DNA of 64,000 bases from Acidobacteriota bacterium (GTDB taxonomy: Bacteria > Acidobacteriota > Terriglobia > Bryobacterales > UBA6623): NCBI GenBank assembly GCA_027624045.1, contig JAQBUE010000002.1, positions 6,339 to 70,338 of the forward strand, written 5' to 3'. Below the pieces are notes generated by a model. It was not told the origin of the DNA. It saw only the letters and a program-made list of their open reading frames with translations, and did not search any database. Positions within the stretch are counted from its first letter, which is position 1. The number at the start of each line of letters is the position of its first letter. This document shows positions 1 to 9,860 of this stretch, in pieces. The translations under genes and the position numbers were made by a program.

Positions 1-1
1 A

Positions 2-106
2 GCGACAGTTGAGTCGATGATGTCAACAATCCACGCCCATCCGACGCTGTCTGAAGCCGTGCAGGAGGGCTTCAATAGCGTGTACGGGCTGTCGATTAAC
101 GCCTGA
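2..106 (+). CDS. lpdA: dihydrolipoyl dehydrogenase (E3), C-terminal fragment cut by the window edge
   Basis: Frame 2 reads ...MSTIHAHPTLSEAVQEGFNSVYGLSINA then TGA at 104-106. HAHPTLSE is the conserved C-terminal motif of E3 flavoprotein disulfide reductases. lipB and an E2 gene follow. Confidence 0.7.
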   Translation, partial: ATVESMMSTIHAHPTLSEAVQEGFNSVYGLSINA

Positions 107-127
107 CACCCTAAATGACGATCCACA

Positions 128-892
128 ATGACGGTCTCGACCTTAGCTGAAGTGACGGCAGGCCCGGCCCCAGCCCCAGCCGCGCGGCAACGAGTCTGTG
201 AGTATCAAGACCTCGGGCGCATGGCATACGGGCCGGCTTGGGACTGCCAACGGCAGCTTGTGGCGCGCAGAAAGGCCGGCGAAATTAGCGACCGCCTGCT
301 TTTCGTCGAGCATCCTCATGTCGTCAGCATGGGCCGCAATGCTCGAGAGCAGAACATCCTGGCCTCGCCCGAGATGCTGGTACAGAAGGGCATCGAGTGC
401 TGGGAAACGGACCGTGGCGGCGACGTGACCTATCACGGGCCCGGCCAAATCGTCTGCTATCCGATACTCGATTTGACCGAATGGAAGCGCGACGTGCTCG
501 CCTACGTGCGAGCTCTTGAGCAGGTTATGATCGACGCTGTCGCTGAGTTTGGCATCGTGGCCGGACGTGTCACGGGCGCATCGGGCGTTTGGGTCGGCGG
601 CGAAAAGTTGGGCGCCATCGGTGTTCATCTGAGCCGCTGGGTGACTTCGCACGGCTTCGCGCTGAACGTTTCGACCGATCTCGATTACTTCGGCTACATC
701 ATTCCCTGTGGGTTGACGAAGCCGGTCACTTCGATGCAGCGGCTGCTCGGTGAGGCTCCACCCGCGAGCGATGTTCAGCAAGCCATCGTCGGCCGTTTTG
801 GCGACGTTTTCGGAGCCGCCATGACGGAACTGACAACAGCAGCGGGAGACGACTCAGTCGCCCCGCAACGAGCAGGAGCGAGGAACTTATGA
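128..892 (+). CDS. lipB: octanoyl-[ACP]:protein N-octanoyltransferase
   Basis: 254-aa ORF with LipB motifs: LLFVEHPHVVSMGRNA, RGGDVTYHGPGQIVCYPIL and IIPCGL. Its stop overlaps the E2 start in an ATGA. Confidence 0.9.
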   Translation: MTVSTLAEVTAGPAPAPAARQRVCEYQDLGRMAYGPAWDCQRQLVARRKAGEISDRLLFVEHPHVVSMGRNAREQNILASPEMLVQKGIECWETDRGGDVTYHGPGQIVCYPILDLTEWKRDVLAYVRALEQVMIDAVAEFGIVAGRVTGASGVWVGGEKLGAIGVHLSRWVTSHGFALNVSTDLDYFGYIIPCGLTKPVTSMQRLLGEAPPASDVQQAIVGRFGDVFGAAMTELTTAAGDDSVAPQRAGARNL

Positions 893-2175
893 GTGACGTA
901 CTCATGCCCCAGATGGGCGAAAGCATCGTCGAAGGCACGATCACCAAGTGGATGAAACAGGTCGGCGATCCGATCGAACGTGACGAGCCTTTGTTTGAGA
1001 TTTCGACCGACAAGGTCGACTCGGAGGTTCCGTCGCCGGTGGGCGGGGTGCTCGAGAAAATCTTCGTTCAGGAAGGTGAGACGGTCGAGATCAACACGCT
1101 TGTAGCGCGAATCGGTGACGGTTCCGGCAGTGGCGGTGACGACCCGGCGCCAGTACCGGCAGCTGAGCCTCAACCGGCTGCGAAGGAGTCATCCGCCCCG
1201 GCGGCCAAGGCGCCCGCGCAAGCATCGCCAGCGGCCGTTAATGGCAAAGCTGCCGAGAGCGGTGAGCGGGTTCGTTCTTCGCCACTGGTGCGGCGGCTTG
1301 CGAAAGAGCAAGATATCGACTTGAGCCTCGTTTCGGGCACAGGCCAAGGCGGCCGCGTCTCGAAGAGAGACATGGAAGCCTACTTGAAAGGCCGCGCAAG
1401 CGCTCCCTCGGCGGCCGGGGTTTCCGCGCCCGCTTCCGGCGGATCCCTCGGCACGTTCCGGCCCGCGCCAGCGACCCGCTTCGGTAACCACAGCGTCGAG
1501 CCGCTCTCGACCATGCGGAAGAAAATCGCCGAGCATATGGCACTCACGATGCGGCTCGCCGTACACGTGTCGACGATTCATCAAATCGATTGCAGCGTGA
1601 TCGCCAAGGCGCGCGCTGAAGCCAAGCAGAAGTTCCTCGAACAGAACGGTACAAAGCTGACGTTCATGCCTTTCTTCCTGCGTGCCTCAGCCGTGGCCCT
1701 CAAACAGTTCCCGCAAATTAACGCCGCGCTCGATGCCGATCAGGTCGTGTTTCACAAAGACGTCAACATCGGGATGGCTGTCGCGATTGACGGAGGCCTC
1801 ATTGTTCCGGTCATCCGCGCGGTTGACGAAAAGAGCATCCTCGGCCTTCAAAAGTCAGTCAACGATTTGGCCGGACGCGCCCGCGACAAGAAACTCAAGC
1901 CCGACGAGGTCACACAGGGAACGTTCTCGATCTCGAACTACGGCAGCTACGGCAGCTTGTTCGCGACGCCCGCCATCAATCAACCGCAGTCGGCGATTCT
2001 TGGCCTGGGAGCGATCCAAAAGACCCCTGTCGTCGTGCATGACGCCATCGGTATACGGTCTATCTGCTATGCGACGCTGACCTTCGATCATCGAATCATC
2101 GACGGCGCCCTCGCGGATCAGTTTATGACTCACCTGAAGGGCGTCATCGAAAACTGGACTGAGCCGGTTCTGTAG
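889..2175 (+). CDS. dihydrolipoamide acyltransferase (E2) of a 2-oxoacid dehydrogenase complex
   Basis: Has an N-terminal lipoyl domain (MPQMGESIVEGTITKW...EISTDKV), an Ala/Pro linker and an E3-binding segment (SPLVRRLAKEQDIDL). The catalytic domain ends in the DHRIIDGA active-site motif. I cannot assign substrate class (PDH, OGDH or BCKDH) by eye. Confidence 0.9.
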   Translation: MSDVLMPQMGESIVEGTITKWMKQVGDPIERDEPLFEISTDKVDSEVPSPVGGVLEKIFVQEGETVEINTLVARIGDGSGSGGDDPAPVPAAEPQPAAKESSAPAAKAPAQASPAAVNGKAAESGERVRSSPLVRRLAKEQDIDLSLVSGTGQGGRVSKRDMEAYLKGRASAPSAAGVSAPASGGSLGTFRPAPATRFGNHSVEPLSTMRKKIAEHMALTMRLAVHVSTIHQIDCSVIAKARAEAKQKFLEQNGTKLTFMPFFLRASAVALKQFPQINAALDADQVVFHKDVNIGMAVAIDGGLIVPVIRAVDEKSILGLQKSVNDLAGRARDKKLKPDEVTQGTFSISNYGSYGSLFATPAINQPQSAILGLGAIQKTPVVVHDAIGIRSICYATLTFDHRIIDGALADQFMTHLKGVIENWTEPVL

Positions 2176-2314
2176 AGGCGCGGCAGACGAAGCACGTGCG
2201 CTAAGGCTTTCGCCGTAAATGGCGAGTTTTTGTGTACTTAGAACGCCGTTCCAGCGTCCAAAACACTCTTTGGCCGCGGCCCTCGCATGTATAATGGCGG
2301 TGGCGCCATCGCAT

Positions 2315-2821
2315 ATGACAGCCGTATTCTGGGTTCTACTTCCCGTCCTGATCTCCGTTGGATCGGCGTTGCTTGCCGTTTGGATTTGGCAGCGGCGGCT
2401 TGAGTTGCAGCTGGCGCGCGAACGCCAGGCACTCTCGGAAGCACGTACCACGATCGAGGGCCAGCGCGAAACGCTTGACGAGTTGGACCGGCTGCGCAGC
2501 GAGGCTGTTCAACGCCAATCGCTGGACGATTTTCTGGCCGATCTGCGCACCGAACAGCGCCGCTTCTTCCGCGACCAAAAGGTCTTGTTCACCAGCCGCA
2601 GAACTCTCGTTGTTCAGGAGCGTCTGTATTTCCGAAATATCCCTCTCTGCAACTGGGTCGAGCACGAAGTGCCCGTCGAAGAGGGTGTGAATGTGGAAGA
2701 GGTCGCCAAGAACCTGTCTGTCTTTAACCCGGAGATGTTGAAATCACCCTCCACGCCAACCACAAACAGCAACGGCAAACCGAAGACCCTGAAAGCGGCA
2801 ACCGCCGAGTTCGTCAAGTAG
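2315..2821 (+). CDS. hypothetical membrane-anchored coiled-coil protein
   Basis: The ORF track gives 2219-2821. An ATG at 2315 begins MTAVFWVLLPVLISVGSALLAVWIW (one TM), followed by a charged helical region. I recognise no family and the start is uncertain. Confidence 0.4.
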   Translation: MTAVFWVLLPVLISVGSALLAVWIWQRRLELQLARERQALSEARTTIEGQRETLDELDRLRSEAVQRQSLDDFLADLRTEQRRFFRDQKVLFTSRRTLVVQERLYFRNIPLCNWVEHEVPVEEGVNVEEVAKNLSVFNPEMLKSPSTPTTNSNGKPKTLKAATAEFVK

Positions 2822-3061
2822 TCGCCTCCCTGCGTTTCGCCCACTTTTTTCGCTTCCCATCTCAGCCGGCTCCTGTCACGAATATGGAACGTAACGCCGC
2901 CCCGACGAGGTGGCGGAAGGTGCCAGACTTGCCAGGTTCGCGAGTCTTCGCGATGCAGGCGGGCACATTCGCCGGTTAGCAGCGTAAAGGGTGGGCTGCG
3001 AGGCCTTGCGCCTGATCCCGCGTATATCCTAGGCTGATCCGACAGTACACGAGGAAACCTC

Positions 3062-3775
3062 ATGAACGATATCGATCTATCGGCGCCTCCTACTTTCGGT
3101 TCGCCCGAGCTCCGTCTGCCCGACGAATTGCGCGCACCGCTCAAGAAGCACCTCGCGTACTTGCGCGAGCAATATCGAAAACTCAGGTGGGCCGGCCGCG
3201 TCGGTTTCGGGGAACGCCCGGCGCTGGTCGTCATCGATTTGGCGCTCAAATGGACCAAGCCCGCCAGCTATCCCCTCGGCAGCAACATCGACTCCGTCGT
3301 TGCGGCAGCGCGGCAGGTAGTCGATGCGGCGCGTCGGGCGGGAATCCCCGTTTTCTTCACTACGTATGACTTCGATCCCGCCGAGCCGCCCTCACCCCAT
3401 GACCGCAAAACCGAAGGCGCTATCCGCGAAGATCCCGATGCTTCGCTCTACGAGATCGATCCACGCATGGAGCGCCGGCCCAACGAGAAGATCGTCCGCA
3501 AAAAGTACGCATCCGCGCTGCGGGCCACCAATCTCGAGATGAACCTTGCGGCGCTTGGCATCGACACGCTCATCGTGACCGGGGTCAGCACCAGCCACTG
3601 CGTTTACGCCACATGCCGAGACGCGGCGCACACCTACCGGGTGATCGTTCCGCGAGAGGCCGTCGGCGAGCGCTGTGAGATCATGCACGAGGTCAATCTG
3701 CTCGACATCGAAATCGACTTGGGAGATGTCATGCCGGTCTCGGATGTCGTGAAGCACCTGGAACAACTTGGCTGA
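3062..3775 (+). CDS. isochorismatase-family cysteine hydrolase
   Basis: LVVIDLA (Asp), a mid-protein Lys, and IDTLIVTGVSTSHCVYATCRDA (catalytic Cys) match the isochorismatase/nicotinamidase-like fold. Confidence 0.75.
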   Translation: MNDIDLSAPPTFGSPELRLPDELRAPLKKHLAYLREQYRKLRWAGRVGFGERPALVVIDLALKWTKPASYPLGSNIDSVVAAARQVVDAARRAGIPVFFTTYDFDPAEPPSPHDRKTEGAIREDPDASLYEIDPRMERRPNEKIVRKKYASALRATNLEMNLAALGIDTLIVTGVSTSHCVYATCRDAAHTYRVIVPREAVGERCEIMHEVNLLDIEIDLGDVMPVSDVVKHLEQLG

Positions 3776-3865
3776 ATAATGTCATTCACCCGCCTGCCGG
3801 GGCTACCAGCACAGGAAATCAACGCCGCCCTGGCCGTCGTTACCAAAGGGAAGTTGCGCTGAAGC

Positions 3866-5386
3866 TTACTTGCGTCCGAAAGGCCCGTCTTTGCTCGTGC
3901 TGACAATCACGATCTCTACGCGGCGGTTCTGCCGGCGGCCGGCGGCGCTGTTGTTGTCGGCGATGGGCTGCGTTTCGCCAAGACCAGTCGTGCTCATGAT
4001 GTCCGCGGACACACCCGATTCCGCGAGATAGTCGGCGACCGAGATAGCTCGCTTTTCTGAAAGCTGCTGATTTAGGTTGTCGCCGCCGGTGCTGTCAGTA
4101 TGGCCTTCGATGCTGAGCTGGATTTCGGGCGTCACAAGCAGGATGCCGGCCACGCGACTTAGCACTTCCCGCGCCCGTGGGACCAGCGTCGAGCGCCCTG
4201 ACGCAAATAGGATGTCCGGAAGATTGACGATCACGCCGCGCGCCGTCTCCTTCGTTTCGACCACTTTGCTGAGCGCGCCTTCAAGCCGGGAACGGGCGTC
4301 GTTTGCGTAACGCTCGGCTTCCTCCTTGAGCGCCGCCAGCTTCTGCGCTTCCGCCTGTGCGCGAGCCATCATCTCGCTCGCTCTGCGCTGCTGAATCTGG
4401 GCCAGGCGCGCCGCTTCTTCCGCCGCGGCCTTGGCTTCGAGGGCCTCTTGACGATCGCGGCGGGCCGCGGCCGCCTCCGCGCTTGCCTTCGCGGCCGCGG
4501 CCTCCGCCTCGGCCTTGGCTACCCGCAAGCCTGCCAGCTCGTCAAGTTGCGCTTCTTCCTCCGCATGCGCTTTGTTCCGCAGGGCAACGCGATGGGCTTC
4601 AGAAGCCAGTCGAATCGCGGTCCGCGCCAAGACCTCAAACTGTTCTTCGTCCACGTCGGGACCGTAAGCTTTGAGGGCGTCAAGCGCAGCCTGACGAGCT
4701 CGCTCCAATTCCTGGGGCGCCCAGCGCCCCGCCCCGATTCGCTCGGCCAGATTCAACGCCGTCGTCGCTTGTTGCCGCTCAACACGAAAATCGCCATCAG
4801 CATATTCCTCGCCCGCGAGCGTCTCGATATTGGCTTTGTAACGGCCTGAGAATCCGCGATACTTCACTCGCGACGTCCGCAACAGATTGCCTCGTAACAG
4901 CGAGGCGGAAGCATTCTCGAGAACTACAAACGAACTCGGCTCAGCCACCAGAAAATGCGGTTCGGCCGTAACAAACATGCCGAAAGTACTCAGCGGAGTG
5001 GTCGCTTCGAGGCGACTTTTTTGGCCACGCTGAATAAACTCTCCTGCGTTCACGGCGACTCCTTCGGGAGAAACCGTCCACAACACGTAGGTGTTGAAAT
5101 CACCGCCGAACAGCAACGCCGGCTTGAGCTTTTCCAGCCGGACACTGATCTCGGTCGTGCCGCGCCGCCGCCGCACGTTCGCCTCTCCCTCTGCCAAGGG
5201 AAGCCGTTCCGTTCCCTGGAACGTGACCTTCGCGGCCGTCCCTTCCGGATATGAGGCCGCCAGGCTCTCGCGCTCCCGCGGCACCGCATTCTCGCTCTCC
5301 GCTATCTGCTGAGCCGCCATAGGCAGCATCGAAGCCAGCAGTAGCCCAATTCCAAAACCAACGCACCATCGCCCCAATACACGCAT
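3866..5386 (-). CDS. OmpA-family protein with Ala/Glu-rich coiled-coil linker
   Basis: The C-terminal OmpA_C motif is present: IEGHTDSTGGDNLNQQLSEKRAISVADYL...NRRVEIVI. The signal peptide MRVLGRWCVGFGIGLLLASMLPMAAQQ starts at ATG 5386. The ORF track extends to 5461. Confidence 0.8.
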   Translation of the reverse strand: MRVLGRWCVGFGIGLLLASMLPMAAQQIAESENAVPRERESLAASYPEGTAAKVTFQGTERLPLAEGEANVRRRRGTTEISVRLEKLKPALLFGGDFNTYVLWTVSPEGVAVNAGEFIQRGQKSRLEATTPLSTFGMFVTAEPHFLVAEPSSFVVLENASASLLRGNLLRTSRVKYRGFSGRYKANIETLAGEEYADGDFRVERQQATTALNLAERIGAGRWAPQELERARQAALDALKAYGPDVDEEQFEVLARTAIRLASEAHRVALRNKAHAEEEAQLDELAGLRVAKAEAEAAAAKASAEAAAARRDRQEALEAKAAAEEAARLAQIQQRRASEMMARAQAEAQKLAALKEEAERYANDARSRLEGALSKVVETKETARGVIVNLPDILFASGRSTLVPRAREVLSRVAGILLVTPEIQLSIEGHTDSTGGDNLNQQLSEKRAISVADYLAESGVSADIMSTTGLGETQPIADNNSAAGRRQNRRVEIVIVSTSKDGPFGRK

Positions 5387-5581
5387 TGCCTTTAGGATAC
5401 ATTCAGCCGCATAACACTGCCGAGTCTGATGCGTGGGCGGCGTTTCGGCAAGGAATTGCACAAAGGAATAGCACAGTCGAGCCGGTGCCTTTCAGCTTTA
5501 CGTTTCTTGATTATTGAGTCACTTTGAAGACCGCCGACGGGTCCCAGCGCTGGTTCTGACCGGCGGGTTCGTTCGATCCTC

Positions 5582-6472
5582 CTACATCGCGGAGGCGCGC
5601 TTGAGCACGGTAGCGGGGTTGAGCTTCGTCATGTGGTCAAGCTCGTCCTGGGAGAAACCCTGTGCGCGGAGTTGCGCGAGAAAGGCAACGAGGCCATCGG
5701 TGTGGATGGGGTTCAAGACCTGGCCAAGGTCGCTGGTGAGGATGACATGTTGCGGGCCGACATCGCGGATGGCTTGCGCGAACTGCTCAATCGTTAGTTT
5801 TGTCGTCGGCAGGGCCATCGCTATGGGGTACTCCAGGAAAGCCCCTAGCGCGGCTGCTTCACGCTGCAGATCGATTGACATGCTGATTTCAGGCAGCAGC
5901 GGGTGCGTGACGATGATGCGGTTGATTCCGGACTGCCTGGCGGCCTGGATGAGCAGGAGGGACTCATCGGGAGCCGAGTGGCCGGTTGCAAGGGCGAGGT
6001 CAAGATCGGCCATCAGCGAAAGTACTTGCTGGACTTCGGGGAGCAGCTTTCCATCGCGAGATATGGGCACGAAGCCGCGATTGGGAGTGACGGTGTGATG
6101 GTAGTGCTCCGAATCGAAGGTTGGCATCCAGACAACGCGGCCGAGGCCACCTGTGGTCTTCGCCATGTGCTCCACTGCCGCGGGGTTGATGCCGCCAACG
6201 GAGCGGTTGAGTGCGATGCCGCCGTAGGCCTCGATGCCGGGGACGGTTTGGGAGACAAGATAGGCAATCGGGGACGTCGAGGTGTAGTGGTTCTTGAAGA
6301 GCAGGGCACGCATGCCATGGCGCTTGGCGATGCGTGCGATCTCGATAGCGTCGATGGAGCGCGGTCCGCTGTCGGGGGCTGAGTGAACATGCAGGTCAAT
6401 GACGCCTTCCAGTTGCGCGAAGGCTGGTACCGCCGCGAAGAGAAAGAAAGCGAGGGCAATCCAGATTGTCAT
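5582..6472 (-). CDS. secreted amidohydrolase-fold metal-dependent hydrolase (uncharacterised family)
   Basis: A signal peptide (MTIWIALAFFLFAAVPAFAQ) is followed by IDLHVHSAPD, the His-x-His metal motif of TIM-barrel amidohydrolase/PHP-like enzymes. Later GHS and THP motifs are also present. Confidence 0.55.
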   Translation of the reverse strand: MTIWIALAFFLFAAVPAFAQLEGVIDLHVHSAPDSGPRSIDAIEIARIAKRHGMRALLFKNHYTSTSPIAYLVSQTVPGIEAYGGIALNRSVGGINPAAVEHMAKTTGGLGRVVWMPTFDSEHYHHTVTPNRGFVPISRDGKLLPEVQQVLSLMADLDLALATGHSAPDESLLLIQAARQSGINRIIVTHPLLPEISMSIDLQREAAALGAFLEYPIAMALPTTKLTIEQFAQAIRDVGPQHVILTSDLGQVLNPIHTDGLVAFLAQLRAQGFSQDELDHMTKLNPATVLKRASAM

Positions 6473-6536
6473 ACGTGGTTCCGCCGTAGCAATCCAATGA
6501 TATCTGTCGCAGACCCTTCGCGGTCAAGCCCAGAGG

Positions 6537-7460
6537 TCAAACAAGATTGATCGGCTTGCCCGTTAGAAACGCTTCGACGTTGGCGATGCTGAGGTCGAGC
6601 AGGCGCTCGATGGCGTCGTCGGTGCCCCAGGCGACATGCGGGCTGACGAGGATTTTGGGGTGGTGGAGCAGCGGGTCGTTGGGCGGCGGTGGTTCGGGAG
6701 CGAGGACGTCCGTGGCGAATGCGGCGAGAAGGCCGGCGTCGAGGGCGGCAACTAAGTCGGTAGTGTTTACGAGAGCGGCGCGGCTGATATTGATGAGAGC
6801 TGCGCCGGGACGGAGCCGCGAGAAGGCGCCGGCGTCGAAGATGCCCGTCGTTTGTTCGGTAGCGGGGGCGGCGAGTACGATGAAATCACTGCCTGTGAGA
6901 AGTCTGTCAAGCGGGACAGCCGGGATGTCGCGGGCCCTGGACGGGTCGCGAACGGTGGCCTGAACGCTCATGCCGAAGCCTCGGGCGATCTCGCCGATAC
7001 GAGTGCCGATCTTGCCGCAGCCGAATAGGCCAAGAGTTTTGCCGCGCAGCCCGACGGTCGAGTAGGCCAGAGCGGTCGTCCAGCGGCCCTCGCGCAGCAG
7101 GGCTGGGCCGGCGGCGAGTTTCTTCGTGACGCCGAGCAGCAGCGCGAAAGCATGTTCGGCCACGGCGTCGGAGCAGAAGTCGGGGACGTTTGAAATGACG
7201 ATTCCCTTCGCCTTAGCGGCGGCGATGTTGAGGGCATCGACGCCGGCCGCTTGCACGGAGATGAAGCGGCAAACGTCAAGGTGGGGAACGATGTCGATCG
7301 GAAGGCGCGGCGTGATGACGAGGATCTCGGCGCCCTGACAAAGACGGCCGACACCGGGGTCGCCGAGCACGGCATCGTGATACCGTAGTTCGCCGAGGGC
7401 ATGAAGGCGGCCCTTCTGCGCCTCTGACATGGGCGACAACGAGATGGCGTGGATTTTCAT
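6537..7460 (-). CDS. D-isomer-specific 2-hydroxyacid dehydrogenase (PGDH/glyoxylate reductase-like)
   Basis: NAD-binding GLFGCGKIGTRIGEIARGFGM and the C-terminal PHVAWGT motif are present. Start moved to ATG 7460 (MKIHAISLS). The 68 upstream codons of the track ORF are low-complexity. Confidence 0.85.
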   Translation of the reverse strand: MKIHAISLSPMSEAQKGRLHALGELRYHDAVLGDPGVGRLCQGAEILVITPRLPIDIVPHLDVCRFISVQAAGVDALNIAAAKAKGIVISNVPDFCSDAVAEHAFALLLGVTKKLAAGPALLREGRWTTALAYSTVGLRGKTLGLFGCGKIGTRIGEIARGFGMSVQATVRDPSRARDIPAVPLDRLLTGSDFIVLAAPATEQTTGIFDAGAFSRLRPGAALINISRAALVNTTDLVAALDAGLLAAFATDVLAPEPPPPNDPLLHHPKILVSPHVAWGTDDAIERLLDLSIANVEAFLTGKPINLV

Positions 7461-7595
7461 GGCCGTCTTGAGAAAACGAGCATATCGCATCCAGCCAAGC
7501 CGGGATGGATTTGCAAGCGTGGGTTCCGGTATGCTCGGAGGACTTTCGGTCGGCGGCGGCGGCGGCGGACATCGCGGAAAAATGGAGGAGGCCCA

Positions 7596-8672
7596 GTGAG
7601 CAAACGAACTAAGAAGAGCGAGCGCGGAGACAACAAACCCGCCCGATCCAAACACACCCACCGGACAGCACCAGACCCCCAGTCGGCCGCTTCTTTGCGA
7701 ACAGCGCAGCAGGGTGCTGGGGGCAAGGAGTTGACCAGCTTGCCACTACCGCCGAGCCGCGCCGACATGGAGCGGACAATGGCCGGGCTCAAAGCGCTTT
7801 TCGACAAACAAGGTTTCGTTTCTCTCGACGCAGCAAACGCTTTTATGGAGCAGGCGACCGGGATGAGTCTCGACGAGTTCGATGAACCCGAGAATGATGA
7901 TCCGCGCTACCTCGCTCAGCAGCTTGCCTATGACGCGATGGAAGCGCCTTCCGATAAGCAGGCGTCGCGCCTTGCCCGTGAAGCCCTCAAAGTCCACCCA
8001 GACTGCGTGGACGCCCTCACTATTGTCGCTGAGCTGACGCGGTCGCCCACGAAGCGTCTTCTCCTGTTCGAAGAGGCGGTCAAAGTGGCGGAAAAGCTTC
8101 TGGGGGCGGACTTCTTTGCCGAGAACAAAGGACACTTCTGGGGCATGCTGGAGACGCGGCCTTACATGAGAGCAAAGAAGGGTCTTGTGGACGAGCTGCT
8201 CAATGCCCGACGCCCTATCGAGGCGATGCGACATCTCGAAGAGATGCTGGAACTCTGCCCAGGTGACAACATGGGCGCCCGCTTTGATCTGATGGAGACT
8301 TACCTCATGACGGACCATCTGGAGCAGGCGTTGGACTTGTTGAATCGTTACCCGGAGGAGGCCGGCGCAATCTGGAACTGGAGCGCCGTACTGATCTACT
8401 ATTCCCTGCGCGACTTTGATGCGGCCGCCCAAGCACTTGACGTGGCACGAAGACAGAATCCCTACGTTGAACCCTACCTCACTCGAAAGAAAAAGCTCCC
8501 GCCTGAGCAACCCGAGTTCTATGAATTCGGGAAGAATTCCGAAGCAGTCATTTGCGCGGACCAGTTGATCGGCCCCTGGTCACTGCAGCCCGTCGCCCTG
8601 GCTTGGCTGATATTCGGAGGGCGCCCCGGGGATGGCCGCTACAGCGGCATCTTGACGGATGCCAAAAGGTAA
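7596..8672 (+). CDS. hypothetical helical-repeat (TPR-like) protein with basic N-terminus
   Basis: Long ORF with coding-like composition. GTG 7596 sits 7 nt downstream of GGAGGA. ATG 7449 is an alternative but would overlap the divergent dehydrogenase start. No family recognised. Confidence 0.5.
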   Translation: MSKRTKKSERGDNKPARSKHTHRTAPDPQSAASLRTAQQGAGGKELTSLPLPPSRADMERTMAGLKALFDKQGFVSLDAANAFMEQATGMSLDEFDEPENDDPRYLAQQLAYDAMEAPSDKQASRLAREALKVHPDCVDALTIVAELTRSPTKRLLLFEEAVKVAEKLLGADFFAENKGHFWGMLETRPYMRAKKGLVDELLNARRPIEAMRHLEEMLELCPGDNMGARFDLMETYLMTDHLEQALDLLNRYPEEAGAIWNWSAVLIYYSLRDFDAAAQALDVARRQNPYVEPYLTRKKKLPPEQPEFYEFGKNSEAVICADQLIGPWSLQPVALAWLIFGGRPGDGRYSGILTDAKR

Positions 8673-8681
8673 TCGGGAATC

Positions 8682-9563
8682 GTGTCATTAGAACTGTTCT
8701 CCAAGATTCGCACCGTGCTCAAGATGATCAAGTTCGAGCACTCCGTATTTGCGTTGCCGTTTGCTCTGACGGCGGCGGTACTGGCGGCGCGGGGAAGCGG
8801 GCTGGCTTGGGCAGACGTCGCCGCGAAGTTCGCTTGGATTGTCGTCGCGATGGTGGCGGCGCGGTCGGCGGCGATGGCGTTCAATCGCGTGGCTGACGCC
8901 GAAATTGACGCCGCGAACCCGCGAACTCGGATGCGGGAGATTCCGGCCGGTGTGATTTCGAAGTCGTTTACGTGGGTGTTTGTCGCTTTCTGGTCCGGGG
9001 CGCTGATGTTCGCGGCCTACATGTTGAACCCGCTCTGCTTCAGGCTGTCGCCGGTGGCGTTGGCGATTGTACTGGGCTACTCATACACCAAACGCTTCAC
9101 CGTTTTTTCCCACCTCGTGCTCGGGTTCGCGCTGGGTATCGCGCCAGCGGCGGCCTGGATTGCGATTCGCGGATCACTCGATTGGCCGATCCTGCTGCTT
9201 GCCGCGGCTGTAACGCTTTGGACAGCGGGGTTCGACATCATCTACTCCTGCCAGGATCATGATTTTGACCGCGAGGTGGGGCTGCATAGCGTCCCCGCCA
9301 GGTTGGGCATACGGAACTCGCTGCTGGTTTCGCGCGGACTGCACGTTGCGATGATTGGATTGCTGGTTTGGCTCTCGCGGGTGCTCGGCTTAGGCGGACT
9401 GAGTGTGGCGGGCATCGCGGTTGTGGCGGCTTTGCTGGTGTATGAACACAGCCTGGTGAGGGCGGACGATTTGTCCCGGGTGAACGCGGCATTCTTCACC
9501 GTGAATGGATTCGTGAGCGTTTTGTTCTTTGTGTTCTGGGCAGCCGATGTTTTGTGGGTGTGA
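8682..9563 (+). CDS. UbiA-family aromatic prenyltransferase (4-hydroxybenzoate polyprenyltransferase-like)
   Basis: NRVADAEIDAANPRTRMREIPAG matches the UbiA motif NxxxDxxxD...R. A second Asp-rich motif (YSCQDHDFD) and about 8 hydrophobic segments are present. Confidence 0.85.
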   Translation: MSLELFSKIRTVLKMIKFEHSVFALPFALTAAVLAARGSGLAWADVAAKFAWIVVAMVAARSAAMAFNRVADAEIDAANPRTRMREIPAGVISKSFTWVFVAFWSGALMFAAYMLNPLCFRLSPVALAIVLGYSYTKRFTVFSHLVLGFALGIAPAAAWIAIRGSLDWPILLLAAAVTLWTAGFDIIYSCQDHDFDREVGLHSVPARLGIRNSLLVSRGLHVAMIGLLVWLSRVLGLGGLSVAGIAVVAALLVYEHSLVRADDLSRVNAAFFTVNGFVSVLFFVFWAADVLWV

Positions 9564-9662
9564 AATCCCGCCGGAAGCAGCGTTGGCAAGACCGAAGTAC
9601 ACGGGCCGATCGTTCGATGTGTATAGTATTGATAAATCGTACACATCGGAAAGGCTTGGCCC

Positions 9663-9860
9663 ATGAGAACGAACATTGTTATCGACGATGAGTTGATGAG
9701 CGCGGTTTTGCGCGCAACGGGAGTTCAAACAAAGCGCGAAGCGGTGGAGTTAGGCCTCAAGACGCTGCTTCAGATCAAGCGACAGGAACGCATCCGGCGA
9801 TTTCGAGGCAAGCTCAAGTGGGAAGGGGACTTCGATAGCATGCGAGCGAGCCGGACGTGA
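9663..9860 (+). CDS. vapB: type II antitoxin, VapB family
   Basis: 65 aa beginning MRTNIVIDDELM, typical of VapB/DUF2191-like antitoxins. Its stop overlaps the GTG of the PIN toxin in a GTGA. Confidence 0.7.
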   Translation: MRTNIVIDDELMSAVLRATGVQTKREAVELGLKTLLQIKRQERIRRFRGKLKWEGDFDSMRASRT

